This document shows, one piece after another, positions 27,633 through 36,653 of a stretch of DNA of 64,000 nucleotides. Source of the stretch: Candidatus Omnitrophota bacterium (GTDB lineage: Bacteria; Omnitrophota; Gorgyraeia; Zapsychrales; Fredricksoniimonadaceae); assembly GCA_028870995.1 (NCBI GenBank), contig JAGWOI010000006.1, positions 19,514 through 83,513 on the forward strand, given 5' to 3'. Below the pieces are notes generated by a model, which saw only the letters and a list, made by a program, of their open reading frames with translations, was not told where the DNA came from and searched no databases. Every line of letters starts with the position of its first letter. Within the stretch, counting starts at the first letter, position 1. The position numbers were made by a program, and so were the translations under genes.

Positions 27633-28403
27633 ATGAGCAGCGCAAAAACCATCCTGGTGATCGACGATGAAGTCAACCTGCAGACCATGGTCAAGATGAC
27701 CCTGCAGACCAGACAGTACAATGTGGTGCTCGCCGGCAACGGCCTCGAAGGCCTGGAACAGCTTAAGACCGTCAAGCCTGACCTGATCATCCTGGACATG
27801 AACATGCCCAAGATGGGAGGGTTGGAATTCTACCAGCGCATCTGCGAGGACAACCGGCCCAAATACCCGGTGCTGGTTTTGACCGCCCGGGCCAACATGG
27901 AACAGCTGTTCAAGCAATTTAATATCGACGGTTTCATGTCCAAGCCCTTTGAGATCGAGGATCTGCTCAAGGAGGTGGACACCATTATCGCGAAGAATTC
28001 CGGCATTAAAATAACGACTACAGGGTCCAGGGAAACCAGGAAGGTGTGCATCGTCGAGAACAACCAGGAGGTGCTTAACCAGATCGGCGGGGCATTCTTG
28101 AGCGCCGGTTATACTGTCAATCCCGCCCGCAACGGGGTGGACGGCATCGAACGCATCGCCAATACGGTGCCGGACATCGCCCTGGTAAAGTTGGGCCTGG
28201 TGGATATTGCCGGGGACATGGTGATCACCAAGCTTAAAAATATGGCGAAAACCCGTGACGTCAAATACATTTTGTACACCGAGAAAAGCCCTGAAAAAAC
28301 CGCTATCGCACGCAAGATCGGCCAAAAAGAGGGGGTGGACCGTTTCGTGGAATTCACCAGCCCTAAGGACTTTATCGACGCCGCCGCTGAGCTGCTGGCG
28401 TAA
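27633..28403 (+). CDS. Tandem receiver protein: one canonical REC plus one degenerate pseudo-receiver
   Basis: The first domain is canonical (ILVIDDE...DLIILDMNMPKMGG...KP). The second has an alpha/beta receiver-like layout, but its acidic pocket is replaced (IVENNQ) and the phospho-acceptor position is Lys (DIALVKLGL). Confidence 0.55.
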   Translation: MSSAKTILVIDDEVNLQTMVKMTLQTRQYNVVLAGNGLEGLEQLKTVKPDLIILDMNMPKMGGLEFYQRICEDNRPKYPVLVLTARANMEQLFKQFNIDGFMSKPFEIEDLLKEVDTIIAKNSGIKITTTGSRETRKVCIVENNQEVLNQIGGAFLSAGYTVNPARNGVDGIERIANTVPDIALVKLGLVDIAGDMVITKLKNMAKTRDVKYILYTEKSPEKTAIARKIGQKEGVDRFVEFTSPKDFIDAAAELLA

Positions 28404-28415
28404 AGGCTCAAAACT

Positions 28416-28799
28416 ATGGCAAAAATAATGATCGTTGATGACGATGAGGGGATGGCGGATGCCACCCGCAGGATCCTGGTCAAGAACGGCTATGAGGTGG
28501 CGGTCTTCCTGGACGGCCGTTCGGCGATCGAGGGGGCCAGGAAGCAGAAACCTGACCTGATCCTCATGGACATGATGATGCCTGCCTTCGGAGGAGATGA
28601 AGCCATTCAGGAGTTAAACCGGATCCCGGAGTTAAAAGAAGTTCCAATCATTATCCTGACAGGCCTCCTTTCTCCCAGTGAATATATGGAGATGACCAGG
28701 ATCGCCGTGGGAGGGAAAGCTTACAAAACCCTTTGCAAACCTTACGAGTCCAATGAATTGTTAAGATTGGTCAGGGAATCTTTATGGAGGTTGAAATAG
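28416..28799 (+). CDS. Single-domain (CheY-like) response regulator, paralogue of the ORF at 24914
   Basis: It carries IMIVDDDEG...DLILMDMMMPAFGG...YKTLCKPYESNELLRLV, closely parallel to the ORF at 24914 (YQTLGKPYEINDLLKAV). Confidence 0.8.
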   Translation: MAKIMIVDDDEGMADATRRILVKNGYEVAVFLDGRSAIEGARKQKPDLILMDMMMPAFGGDEAIQELNRIPELKEVPIIILTGLLSPSEYMEMTRIAVGGKAYKTLCKPYESNELLRLVRESLWRLK

Positions 28800-28844
28800 C
28801 CCCGGTGTTGGCGCCCGCGCATTTTATCATGTATACTAAAAGCC

Positions 28845-29324
28845 ATGTGGAGCCTTGTCTTCAAAGGGATTATTGGCATACTGGCCGCCCTCCTTATAGC
28901 CGTTGATGTCCAACTGACCATCGTCTGCCGCCAGCAAAAAGCCGCCATCGATGCGATCAAGGAAAAGCAGGACGTCGAAGCGGAATTCAACAGCCGTAAA
29001 TTTAATTACCAGCAGGATCAGATTGAGCATTTGAGCCGCAGTTTACAAGACATTTCCCGCCAAATTAACGCCCAACAGGACGAAAACAAGTCCATCGAGA
29101 CCGATATGGTGGACATCAAAGCCGAGGCCGATGCCGTTAAACAGCAAGCCCAAGGCTGGCAGAAGGACTATGTCTCTGTGCTGGCCCAGTTTGAAAAAAA
29201 GCTGGATGAGGCACAGGGAGAGATCAAATCCCTGGAAAAGAGTGTTGCTGCTTTAAAAATACCCCGTTCCACGGACAACGGAACGTCCGCCGTTGCTGTC
29301 CCGGCTGCGCCTGAAGCAAATTAG
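28845..29324 (+). CDS. Membrane-anchored coiled-coil protein (hypothetical)
   Basis: It has an N-terminal TM (VFKGIIGILAALLIAV), then a Gln/Glu/Lys-rich heptad-like region, and ends in a Pro/Ala-rich tail. Confidence 0.4.
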   Translation: MWSLVFKGIIGILAALLIAVDVQLTIVCRQQKAAIDAIKEKQDVEAEFNSRKFNYQQDQIEHLSRSLQDISRQINAQQDENKSIETDMVDIKAEADAVKQQAQGWQKDYVSVLAQFEKKLDEAQGEIKSLEKSVAALKIPRSTDNGTSAVAVPAAPEAN

Positions 29325-29350
29325 AGAAGTTTACTTTCCGAAGTTTATGT

Positions 29351-29356
29351 TATAAT
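29351..29356 (+). promoter_or_regulatory. Candidate -10 element (TATAAT) upstream of the lipoprotein-pfkA-mgtA gene set
   Basis: There is a perfect TATAAT about 64 nt upstream of the lipoprotein ATG. The -35 is weak (GTTTAC-like). This is a low-confidence call. Confidence 0.2.
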
Positions 29357-29419
29357 ATCCGCCTCAATAACGGTTTTAAGAAGGGGAAGGTTAAGAAGTA
29401 CCATGGAAAGGCCCGGTTA

Positions 29420-29734
29420 ATGAGAATTCTTTTTATTTTGGTATTAAGTCTGGTTTTTACCGGCTGTGCGCATCTCCCTGCAAGGGAAAAACCCCTGGTG
29501 GAGCCGCGTTTCGGCATGAGCAAGGAGCAGCTCATTGAAAGCATGGGACCTCCGGACAGGACCGAGCTTTATAAGAGGGAGGACCAGAGCCGTTATGAAT
29601 TCGATATTTATATCAGGCAATATCCCGCCGGCCGCTATGTGCTTCCCGTGTGCGTCACCGGCAATAAAGTGGTGGGATGGGGACGCTCTTATTACCAGGA
29701 CCATATCAGGCCGGATGATATCAGGATAAGATGA
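29420..29734 (+). CDS. Small lipoprotein, SmpA/OmlA (BamE-like) family
   Basis: It has a lipobox (LVFTGC). The motif GMSKEQLIESMGPPD resembles the BamE/SmpA_OmlA signature (GMTKEQV..LG.P). Its ATGA overlaps pfkA. Confidence 0.45.
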   Translation: MRILFILVLSLVFTGCAHLPAREKPLVEPRFGMSKEQLIESMGPPDRTELYKREDQSRYEFDIYIRQYPAGRYVLPVCVTGNKVVGWGRSYYQDHIRPDDIRIR

Positions 29735-30825
29735 AAAAACGTCGGATAGCTATTTTAACCAGCGGTGGCGACTGTTCAGGGCTGAACGCCGTGATCAGGG
29801 CCGTTACAAAGAAGGCCATCCATGAGTACGCCTACGAGGTCGTCGGCATCAAGGACGGTTTCGAAGGCCTGATCTTCAAAAGCTGGCGCATGCTGGGGGA
29901 GGCCGATGTTTCCGGGATCCTGACCATGGGAGGCACGATTTTGGGGACCACCAACAGGGCCAATCCCTACAAATATCCCATCGAAACAAGGACAAAGGTG
30001 TCTTATAAAGACCTTTCAAGCCGCGTCCTCAGGAATTTGCATCAATTAAAGATCGATTGTCTGGTGACGATCGGCGGGGACGGTACCCTGGACACGGCCC
30101 ACCGCCTGGCCTGTCAAGGGGTGCCTATTGTCGGTGTCCCCAAGACCGTGGACAATGACGTCAAGGGGACGGATATCACCTTCGGGTTCGACACTGCCGT
30201 TCATGTGGCCACCGAAGGCATCGACAGGCTGCATACGACGGCGGAATCCCATCACCGCATCATGATCCTCGAAGTGATGGGACGAAGGGCAGGATGGATA
30301 GCGCTCTACGCCGGTCTGGCCGGCGGCGGGGACATCATCCTCATTCCTGAAATTCCTTACAATGTCCCCTTGCTGGCCAAGCATATCAAGGACCGCCGCC
30401 GCAGGGGAAAAAATTTTACGATTTTGGTGGTCGCGGAAGGCGCCAAGCCCGTGGGCGGCCAGGTGACGGTGCAGCGTATCGTCAAGGACGCCTCGGCGCC
30501 GGTCCGTTTGGGTGGGGTAAGCTTTTTGCTGGGACAGGAGCTGGAAAGGCTCACCGGCATTGAAACACGCAATTGCGTTATGGGGCACCTGCAGCGGGGG
30601 GGATCACCTTCTCCATTTGACCGGATATTGGCCACACAATTGGGTTCAAAGGCCGTTGACCTGATCGCCCAGGGCCGTTTCGGCTACATGGTGGCAGTCA
30701 AGGAGAGCCGCCTGACTCATGTGCCTCTGGCTGAAGTGGCGCAAGGCTCAAGGCTTGTGCCCACGGACCATCCTTTGATCAAGGATGCCCGTGCCTTAGG
30801 GGCCTGTTTTGGGGATGAGAAATGA
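29731..30825 (+). CDS. pfkA: 6-phosphofructokinase
   Basis: It carries RIAILTSGGDCSGLNAVIRAV, the GGDGT motif, MGR (VMGRRAGW), and a PFK C-terminal domain. Having GGDGT rather than GGDD suggests the ATP-dependent type. Confidence 0.85.
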   Translation: MKKRRIAILTSGGDCSGLNAVIRAVTKKAIHEYAYEVVGIKDGFEGLIFKSWRMLGEADVSGILTMGGTILGTTNRANPYKYPIETRTKVSYKDLSSRVLRNLHQLKIDCLVTIGGDGTLDTAHRLACQGVPIVGVPKTVDNDVKGTDITFGFDTAVHVATEGIDRLHTTAESHHRIMILEVMGRRAGWIALYAGLAGGGDIILIPEIPYNVPLLAKHIKDRRRRGKNFTILVVAEGAKPVGGQVTVQRIVKDASAPVRLGGVSFLLGQELERLTGIETRNCVMGHLQRGGSPSPFDRILATQLGSKAVDLIAQGRFGYMVAVKESRLTHVPLAEVAQGSRLVPTDHPLIKDARALGACFGDEK

Positions 30826-33359
30826 ACGGCAAACAAAAATCTCAAACCCTGAATTTCGATTTTAAGATTTGCACCAAGGAGGTCCTTTTCGAAAAATTTA
30901 AGACCTCGGCCTCCGGGCTTACCGAAGCCGAAGCGGCCAGGCGGCTGGAGGAGTACGGCCCCAACGAGGCGGCCCGCAAACAAAAAAGGACCATTGTCTT
31001 TCAGTTCATCTCCAAGTTTTTCCATCCTCTTATCCTCCTGCTGATCGTGATCGCTGCCGTAACCTTCTGGACCGGGGATGCCGTCAGCGGTTCCATCATC
31101 GGCCTCATGGCCTTCATGAGTGTCGTGCTCGGGTTTGTGCAGGAATACCGCGCCGGCAAGGAAGCGGACCGCTTAAGCGAAATGGTGCGGGCCACCGCCA
31201 CCATCTACCGCAACGGCAGGCAAAAAGAGATCCCCATTAAACAGATCGTTCCCGGTGACATCGTCGATCTTTTTGCGGGCGACATGATTCCGGCGGACAT
31301 CAGGATCATCCAGGCCAAGGATTTGTTTATCAACCAGGCGGCGTTGACCGGTGAATCCATGCCGGTGGAAAAGACCCCGGCCACCGACAGCATGGCCTTC
31401 ATGGGGTCCAGTGTCGTCAGCGGCACCGCCTTAGGCGTTGTCATTAAAACCGGGCTGTCCACGGAATTCGGTGAGGTCTCCAAGCGGCTGGCGGCCATCA
31501 ACCAGCCCACCAGCTTCGACCGCGGCATCAATAGCTTCGTGTGGCTGATGATCCGGGCCATGGTGGTCCTGGTCATGGTCATTTGCGCCATCAATTTCTT
31601 CACCAAACATAACTTCATGGATGCCCTGCTTTTTTCGCTGTCGGTTGCCATTGGGCTTACCCCTGAAATGCTGCCCATGCTGGTGGCCATCAATTTGTCC
31701 AAAGGGGCCATCGCCATGTCGAAAAAAGAGGTCATCGTCAAGCGCCTGAACGCGATCCAGAATTTCGGCGCTATGGATGTGCTGTGCACGGACAAGACCG
31801 GCACCTTGACCCTGGACAGGATCGTGCTGGAAAAATATTGCGACGTGGTGCGCCAGGAAGACCAGGGCACCTTGCAATTGGCCTATATCAACAGTTATTA
31901 CCAGACCGGCCTTAAGAATATCCTGGACAAGGCGGTGTTGAAATACGAAAAGCTGGTCGTCAAACAATATAAGAAGGTCGATGAAATGCCTTTTGATTTC
32001 GCCCGGAGGATCATGTCGGTCGTGGTGGACATGGAGGGCAAACACAAGATCATCACCAAGGGTGCTCCCGAGGAGATCCTCAAAAGGTGCACCAGGTATG
32101 AGCTCGACGGTGAAATTGAGGAAATGGACCCCGTGGTCATTACGGACTTAAAGGAAGAGTACGATCATTTAAGCGCAGACGGATTTCGGGTCTTGGCGGT
32201 CGCCTATAAGGATATGGAAGCCAATAAAGAGGTCTATTCCAAGGATGATGAGAGCAACCTGGTCCTTAAAGGCTACATCGCCTTTCTCGATCCTCCCAAG
32301 CCGACCGCCAAAAAGACCATCGAAGTCTTAAGGAAATTGGGGATCGAACTGAAAGTCCTTACCGGTGACAATGATCTGGTCACCAAGAAGATCTGCAGCG
32401 AAGTCGGGCTTGATATTAAGGGGCTTTTGACCGGTGTGCAACTGGAGAAAATGACTGATGACCAGCTCAAAGAGGCTGTTCAGAGCACCACTGTCTTTGC
32501 CAGGCTCTCGCCGCTGCAAAAAGAGCGGGTGATCCGGGCGCTGCACCGCAACAACCATACGGTCGGTTACTTGGGCGACGGGATCAATGATGCCCCGGCC
32601 CTGAAAGCCGCGGACGTGGGGATCTCGGTCAACAATGCGGTGGATATAGCCAAGGAGTCCGCGGATTTGATCCTGCTGCAGAAGAACCTGCTGGTGCTGC
32701 GCGACGGCGTCCTGGAAGGCCGGCGCGTGTTCGGCAATATTTTTAAATACATCAAGATGGGGGCCTCTTCCAACTTCGGCAACATGTTCAGCATGACCGG
32801 ATCCGGGTTCTTTTTGCCCTACGTCTTAAAATGCAATTTTTACCCGATGCACCCCATTCAAATCATTTTGAACAATTTTTTGTATGACATCTCCCAGGTG
32901 GCCATCCCCACGGACGATGTGGATGAAGATTATCTGTTGAAATCCAGGGCCTGGAACATCGACTATATCAAGAAGTTCATGTTCGTTTTCGGACCGTTGA
33001 GCTCTGTTTTCGATTACCTGACATGGATGGTCATGGTCTGGGTATTTCATGCCGACCAATATCTCTTTGCCACCGCCTGGTTCATCGAATCCATGTGCAC
33101 CCAATTGCTGGTCATCCATATCATCCGTACCGGCAAGATCCCCTTTGTGGAAAGCTGGCCCAGCCCGTTCTTGATTTTTACTTCCATCTACATCGCTTCC
33201 GCGGCCATCGTCATTCCCTACACACCGCTGGGGGCTTATTTCAAATTTGTCATGCCGCCGGCTTCCTTCTTTTTGTTCCTTTTGGCCATCCTTGCTCTTT
33301 ATCTTTGGATGGTCCAGGTGACCAAGGCCTGGTTTATCAAAAAATACGGTTATGAATAA
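30822..33359 (+). CDS. mgtA: Magnesium-translocating P-type ATPase
   Basis: It has the P-type motifs TGES, DKTGTLT and GDGINDAPAL. Its 10-TM layout and its length and domain order match MgtA/MgtB. The start overlaps the pfkA stop (ATGA). Confidence 0.85.
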   Translation: MNGKQKSQTLNFDFKICTKEVLFEKFKTSASGLTEAEAARRLEEYGPNEAARKQKRTIVFQFISKFFHPLILLLIVIAAVTFWTGDAVSGSIIGLMAFMSVVLGFVQEYRAGKEADRLSEMVRATATIYRNGRQKEIPIKQIVPGDIVDLFAGDMIPADIRIIQAKDLFINQAALTGESMPVEKTPATDSMAFMGSSVVSGTALGVVIKTGLSTEFGEVSKRLAAINQPTSFDRGINSFVWLMIRAMVVLVMVICAINFFTKHNFMDALLFSLSVAIGLTPEMLPMLVAINLSKGAIAMSKKEVIVKRLNAIQNFGAMDVLCTDKTGTLTLDRIVLEKYCDVVRQEDQGTLQLAYINSYYQTGLKNILDKAVLKYEKLVVKQYKKVDEMPFDFARRIMSVVVDMEGKHKIITKGAPEEILKRCTRYELDGEIEEMDPVVITDLKEEYDHLSADGFRVLAVAYKDMEANKEVYSKDDESNLVLKGYIAFLDPPKPTAKKTIEVLRKLGIELKVLTGDNDLVTKKICSEVGLDIKGLLTGVQLEKMTDDQLKEAVQSTTVFARLSPLQKERVIRALHRNNHTVGYLGDGINDAPALKAADVGISVNNAVDIAKESADLILLQKNLLVLRDGVLEGRRVFGNIFKYIKMGASSNFGNMFSMTGSGFFLPYVLKCNFYPMHPIQIILNNFLYDISQVAIPTDDVDEDYLLKSRAWNIDYIKKFMFVFGPLSSVFDYLTWMVMVWVFHADQYLFATAWFIESMCTQLLVIHIIRTGKIPFVESWPSPFLIFTSIYIASAAIVIPYTPLGAYFKFVMPPASFFLFLLAILALYLWMVQVTKAWFIKKYGYE

Positions 33360-34546
33360 AGTTTGAGTTTCCGCAGCAGCCCTTCGATCGTCATTCCCTG
33401 GAAAATAATGCTGAATAAGACGATGCCGAAGGTTGCCGACAGGAACAGCGGGGTATAAGGAAAGCGCGGCGATTGCAATTGCAGCATCAGGATGATTGGG
33501 ATCGTCCCCCGAAGACCGCCCCAATAAAGAATGTGGCTCCATTCAAAGGGGACACGGTTTTTAAGGACCAGGTTATAGGTGTACAGGACCGTATAAACAA
33601 TGACGGCCCTGGCGACCAGCACGACGAGAATGCCGGCAAGGATCGGCCATTTGTAGGCAATCAAATGATCGATTCCGATAAAGCGCAGTTCCAGGCCGAT
33701 AATAAGAAAAATGATGGAGTTCAGGATAAAATCAATGACCTCCCAAAAGGTTTCCACCGTCTGACGGGTGACGGCCGACATCCAGGAGAGGCGGCCTTTG
33801 CCCATCACCAGCCCTGCGGCGACGATGGCGATGATCCCTGAAACATGCAGGGATTCGGCGATAAGGGGCGTTCCCAAAACCAGAACAACGGTGAGGGTCA
33901 CTTCCAGCATCGGATCTTCGATGGGTTTGATCAACCGGGAGGCAGCCCACGCGCAAAAGCCGCCTACGGCAGCCCCCCCGGCCGTGACCAGGAGGAATTG
34001 GAGCAGCGCCCAGCCCAAGTGCAGGGGTTCCTGGCGCTGGATCATGTTTAAAAAGACAGCAAACAAGACAACACCCGTGCCGTCATTAAAAAGGCTTTCA
34101 GCTTCAAGGATGGTGCGCAGGCGGGAGGGGGCTTTCAGTTGTTTGATGATCGCCAGCACCGATACAGGATCAGTGGGAGAGATCAGGGCCCCGAAAAGCA
34201 GTGCATAGATCAGCGGGATGTGCCAAGCCCAAGACAACGGGTAGCCGATTAATAAGGCTGAAACCACGATGCCGCCGACGGCCAGGAAGGCGATGGGCTT
34301 CCAGTCCTGCCGTACGTTCTCCTGGCTTAAGTTCATGCTGCCGTGAAAAAGAATAGGCGGCAACAGCAAGAAAAAAGCCACATCATGTGAAAGTTGGATA
34401 TTGGGGACGAGCTTTAAAAAAGAGACGGCAAGGCCGGTCACCACCAGAACGGTCGCGTAAGGTTGTTTGAACCAGCGCATACTTAAGGAAGCCAGGCAGG
34501 CGATTAAAAGTAGAATGACAACGTGCCCGATCGGTAATTCAGCCAT
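33350..34546 (-). CDS. Na+/H+ antiporter, CPA1 (NhaP-type)
   Basis: It is a multi-TM protein with the conserved TDPV and ESLFNDG motifs of the NhaP/NHE exchanger family. It converges on mgtA with a 10-nt overlap. Confidence 0.8.
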   Translation of the reverse strand: MAELPIGHVVILLLIACLASLSMRWFKQPYATVLVVTGLAVSFLKLVPNIQLSHDVAFFLLLPPILFHGSMNLSQENVRQDWKPIAFLAVGGIVVSALLIGYPLSWAWHIPLIYALLFGALISPTDPVSVLAIIKQLKAPSRLRTILEAESLFNDGTGVVLFAVFLNMIQRQEPLHLGWALLQFLLVTAGGAAVGGFCAWAASRLIKPIEDPMLEVTLTVVLVLGTPLIAESLHVSGIIAIVAAGLVMGKGRLSWMSAVTRQTVETFWEVIDFILNSIIFLIIGLELRFIGIDHLIAYKWPILAGILVVLVARAVIVYTVLYTYNLVLKNRVPFEWSHILYWGGLRGTIPIILMLQLQSPRFPYTPLFLSATFGIVLFSIIFQGMTIEGLLRKLKLYS

Positions 34547-34735
34547 AGCTTTAAATTACCCCCAACGGCGTTCCATTGCAAGACTTAGCGGAATTTCTTG
34601 GTTAATGAAGGGTCTGGACAACGGATATTTATTTTAATGCTTTTTTAACATCTTTAGGTTTTCTTTTAATTAGCTAAAATCAGAGGGAATGCTAAAATTA
34701 TCCCCGGGTCAAGATATTTTTGAGGAGGAGCCTTT

Positions 34736-34819
34736 ATGATAGACGTGGTTTATGTTGGTTTGATTATTTTTTTAGGGCTGTTGTCCTGGGCTTTCATTGT
34801 GCTGTGCTCAAAAGTATAG
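34736..34819 (+). CDS. Small single-TM hydrophobic peptide (27 aa) in the kdp leader. It may be a second KdpF-like subunit or a leader peptide.
   Basis: An AGGAGGAG RBS sits 6 nt upstream of the ATG. The translation is MIDVVYVGLIIFLGLLSWAFIVLCSKV. It is absent from the ORF track because it is shorter than 60 aa. Confidence 0.3.
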   Translation: MIDVVYVGLIIFLGLLSWAFIVLCSKV

Positions 34820-34847
34820 GTATGGAATCTGCACAAGAGGAGCGCTT

Positions 34848-34937
34848 ATGGTCATAATTTATTGGATCGGCGGCGTTGTCGCCGTTGGGCTGTTTATCTA
34901 TTTGTTGATCGCTTTCTTTAAACCGGAGCTGTTTTAA
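34848..34937 (+). CDS. kdpF: Potassium-transporting ATPase subunit F (29 aa)
   Basis: The translation is MVIIYWIGGVVAVGLFIYLLIAFFKPELF. It is the same length and has the same character as E. coli KdpF (single TM, C-terminal ..PE.F). Its stop abuts the kdpA ATG. Confidence 0.6.
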   Translation: MVIIYWIGGVVAVGLFIYLLIAFFKPELF

Positions 34938-36644
34938 ATGGACCGCAATGATCTTGTTCAAATAGCGATCTATATTTTGGCGCTGCTGTCGGTGGTTAAG
35001 CCTTTGGGCGTGTACATGGCCCGTGTTTATGAAGGCAAGCGGGCGGGTTTGAATGTGTGGCTGGCACCTTTGGAACAATGGATATATAGGATCTGCGGCG
35101 TGAAATCGGAAGAGGGCATGCCCTGGAAAACGTATGCGCTGGCGCTTATACTGTTCAATATATTAGGTATATTGATCGTGTATGCCATCCAACGCCTGCA
35201 GGCCTTTTTGCCTTTAAACCCTATGGGCATGGCTGCGGTTTCTCCGGATTCTTCCTTTAATTCAGCTGTCAGTTTTGCCACCAACACCGATTGGCAGGGA
35301 TATGGCGGCGAAAGCACCATGAGTTATTTGACCCAGATGCTGGCCTTGGCCAAACAGAATTTCTCTTCTGCCGCAACCGGCATGGTGGTATTGGTGGCCT
35401 TGATCAGGGGGTTCGTGCAGAAGCAGACCAATACCATCGGAAATTTTTGGGTGGATATGGTCAGGACGGTCCTTTATATATTATTGCCGTTATCATTGGT
35501 TTTCGCGTTGGTCCTGGTCTCCCAAGGCGTGCCTCAAACTTTCTCGCCGGGCGTTAAGACGACCGCCGGACAAACCATCGCTCTTGGGCCGGTCGCTTCC
35601 CAGGAGGCGATCAAGCAGCTTGGCACCAATGGGGGCGGGTTTTACAATACCAACTCCGCCCATCCCTATGAAAATCCTACACCTTTATCAAATTTTCTTG
35701 AGATGCTGGCCATTCTTTTGATCCCGGCGTCACTTTGCTACACCTTTGGCTGCATGGTCAAGGACCGCAGGCAGGGCTGGGCGCTCCTGGCCGTTATGTT
35801 CATTATTTTTATTCCCTGTTTGCTGTTGGTCACCCAAATCGAACGGCAAGGCAATCCGTTGTTTGACAAGTTGGGCATTGACCAAGTTGAATCGTATCTT
35901 CAGCCCGGCGGCAATATGGAGGGTAAGGAAGCCAGGTTTGGCATCGTTGGCTCTGCTATTTGGGCTGTAGCTACAACCAGTGCTTCCAACGGGTCGGTCA
36001 ACTCAATGCATGATTCGTACATGCCTTTGGGCGGTTTGATCCCCATGTGGCTGATCCAATTGGGGGAGGTGATTTTCGGCGGGGTGGGATCAGGGCTTTA
36101 CGGCATGATCGGCTTTGTCATTGTTGCGGTCTTTATAGCAGGTTTGATGATCGGCCGCACGCCGGAATATTTGGGAAAAAAGATCGAGGCTTTTGAAATG
36201 CAAATGGCTTCTCTGGTGGCCTTTATTCCGCATTTGTTTATTTTGATACCAACCGCCATTGCCGTACTTACCGTTGCAGGTAAGGCGGGGATTGCCAATC
36301 CCGGACCCCATGGTTTCAGTGAAGTCCTTTATGCGTTCTCTTCCGCCGCCGGCAATAACGGCAGTGCTTTCGCCGGATTAAGTGCCAATACCCCTTTTTA
36401 TAATATTGCGTTGGGCGTAGTCATGTTTTTTTGCCGGTATTGGCTGATCATCCCTATATTAGCCATTGCCGGTTCTCTTTCGGCCAAGAAACTTGTTCCG
36501 ACAACACAAGGGACCTTGCCCACTCATACACCTCTTTTCATCTTTTTCCTGGGCATGGTTGTTTTAATCGTCGGGGCATTGGCCTTTTTCCCGGCATTGG
36601 CCTTGGGACCGATCGCCGAACATTTAATGTTGGTTGCCAAGTAG
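34938..36644 (+). CDS. kdpA: Potassium-transporting ATPase subunit A
   Basis: The N-terminus (LVQIAIYILALLSVVKPLGVYMARVYEG) is typical of KdpA. It has 10 TM segments and selectivity-filter-like GGG/NGG motifs. Confidence 0.9.
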   Translation: MDRNDLVQIAIYILALLSVVKPLGVYMARVYEGKRAGLNVWLAPLEQWIYRICGVKSEEGMPWKTYALALILFNILGILIVYAIQRLQAFLPLNPMGMAAVSPDSSFNSAVSFATNTDWQGYGGESTMSYLTQMLALAKQNFSSAATGMVVLVALIRGFVQKQTNTIGNFWVDMVRTVLYILLPLSLVFALVLVSQGVPQTFSPGVKTTAGQTIALGPVASQEAIKQLGTNGGGFYNTNSAHPYENPTPLSNFLEMLAILLIPASLCYTFGCMVKDRRQGWALLAVMFIIFIPCLLLVTQIERQGNPLFDKLGIDQVESYLQPGGNMEGKEARFGIVGSAIWAVATTSASNGSVNSMHDSYMPLGGLIPMWLIQLGEVIFGGVGSGLYGMIGFVIVAVFIAGLMIGRTPEYLGKKIEAFEMQMASLVAFIPHLFILIPTAIAVLTVAGKAGIANPGPHGFSEVLYAFSSAAGNNGSAFAGLSANTPFYNIALGVVMFFCRYWLIIPILAIAGSLSAKKLVPTTQGTLPTHTPLFIFFLGMVVLIVGALAFFPALALGPIAEHLMLVAK

Positions 36645-36653
36645 GGAAACGTT

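Noticed and set aside
27492-28325. 277-aa minus-strand ORF antisense to the REC-kinase and REC-REC genes
   Set aside because: It overlaps two well-supported + strand signalling genes and has no motif support.
34547-34735. Possible c-di-AMP (ydaO/kimA-type) riboswitch in the kdp leader
   Set aside because: c-di-AMP riboswitches precede kdp in some Firmicutes, but I could not recognise the conserved pseudo-symmetric ACGGGGA / CCCGU cores here. The region is instead AT-rich direct repeats followed by two small ORFs.
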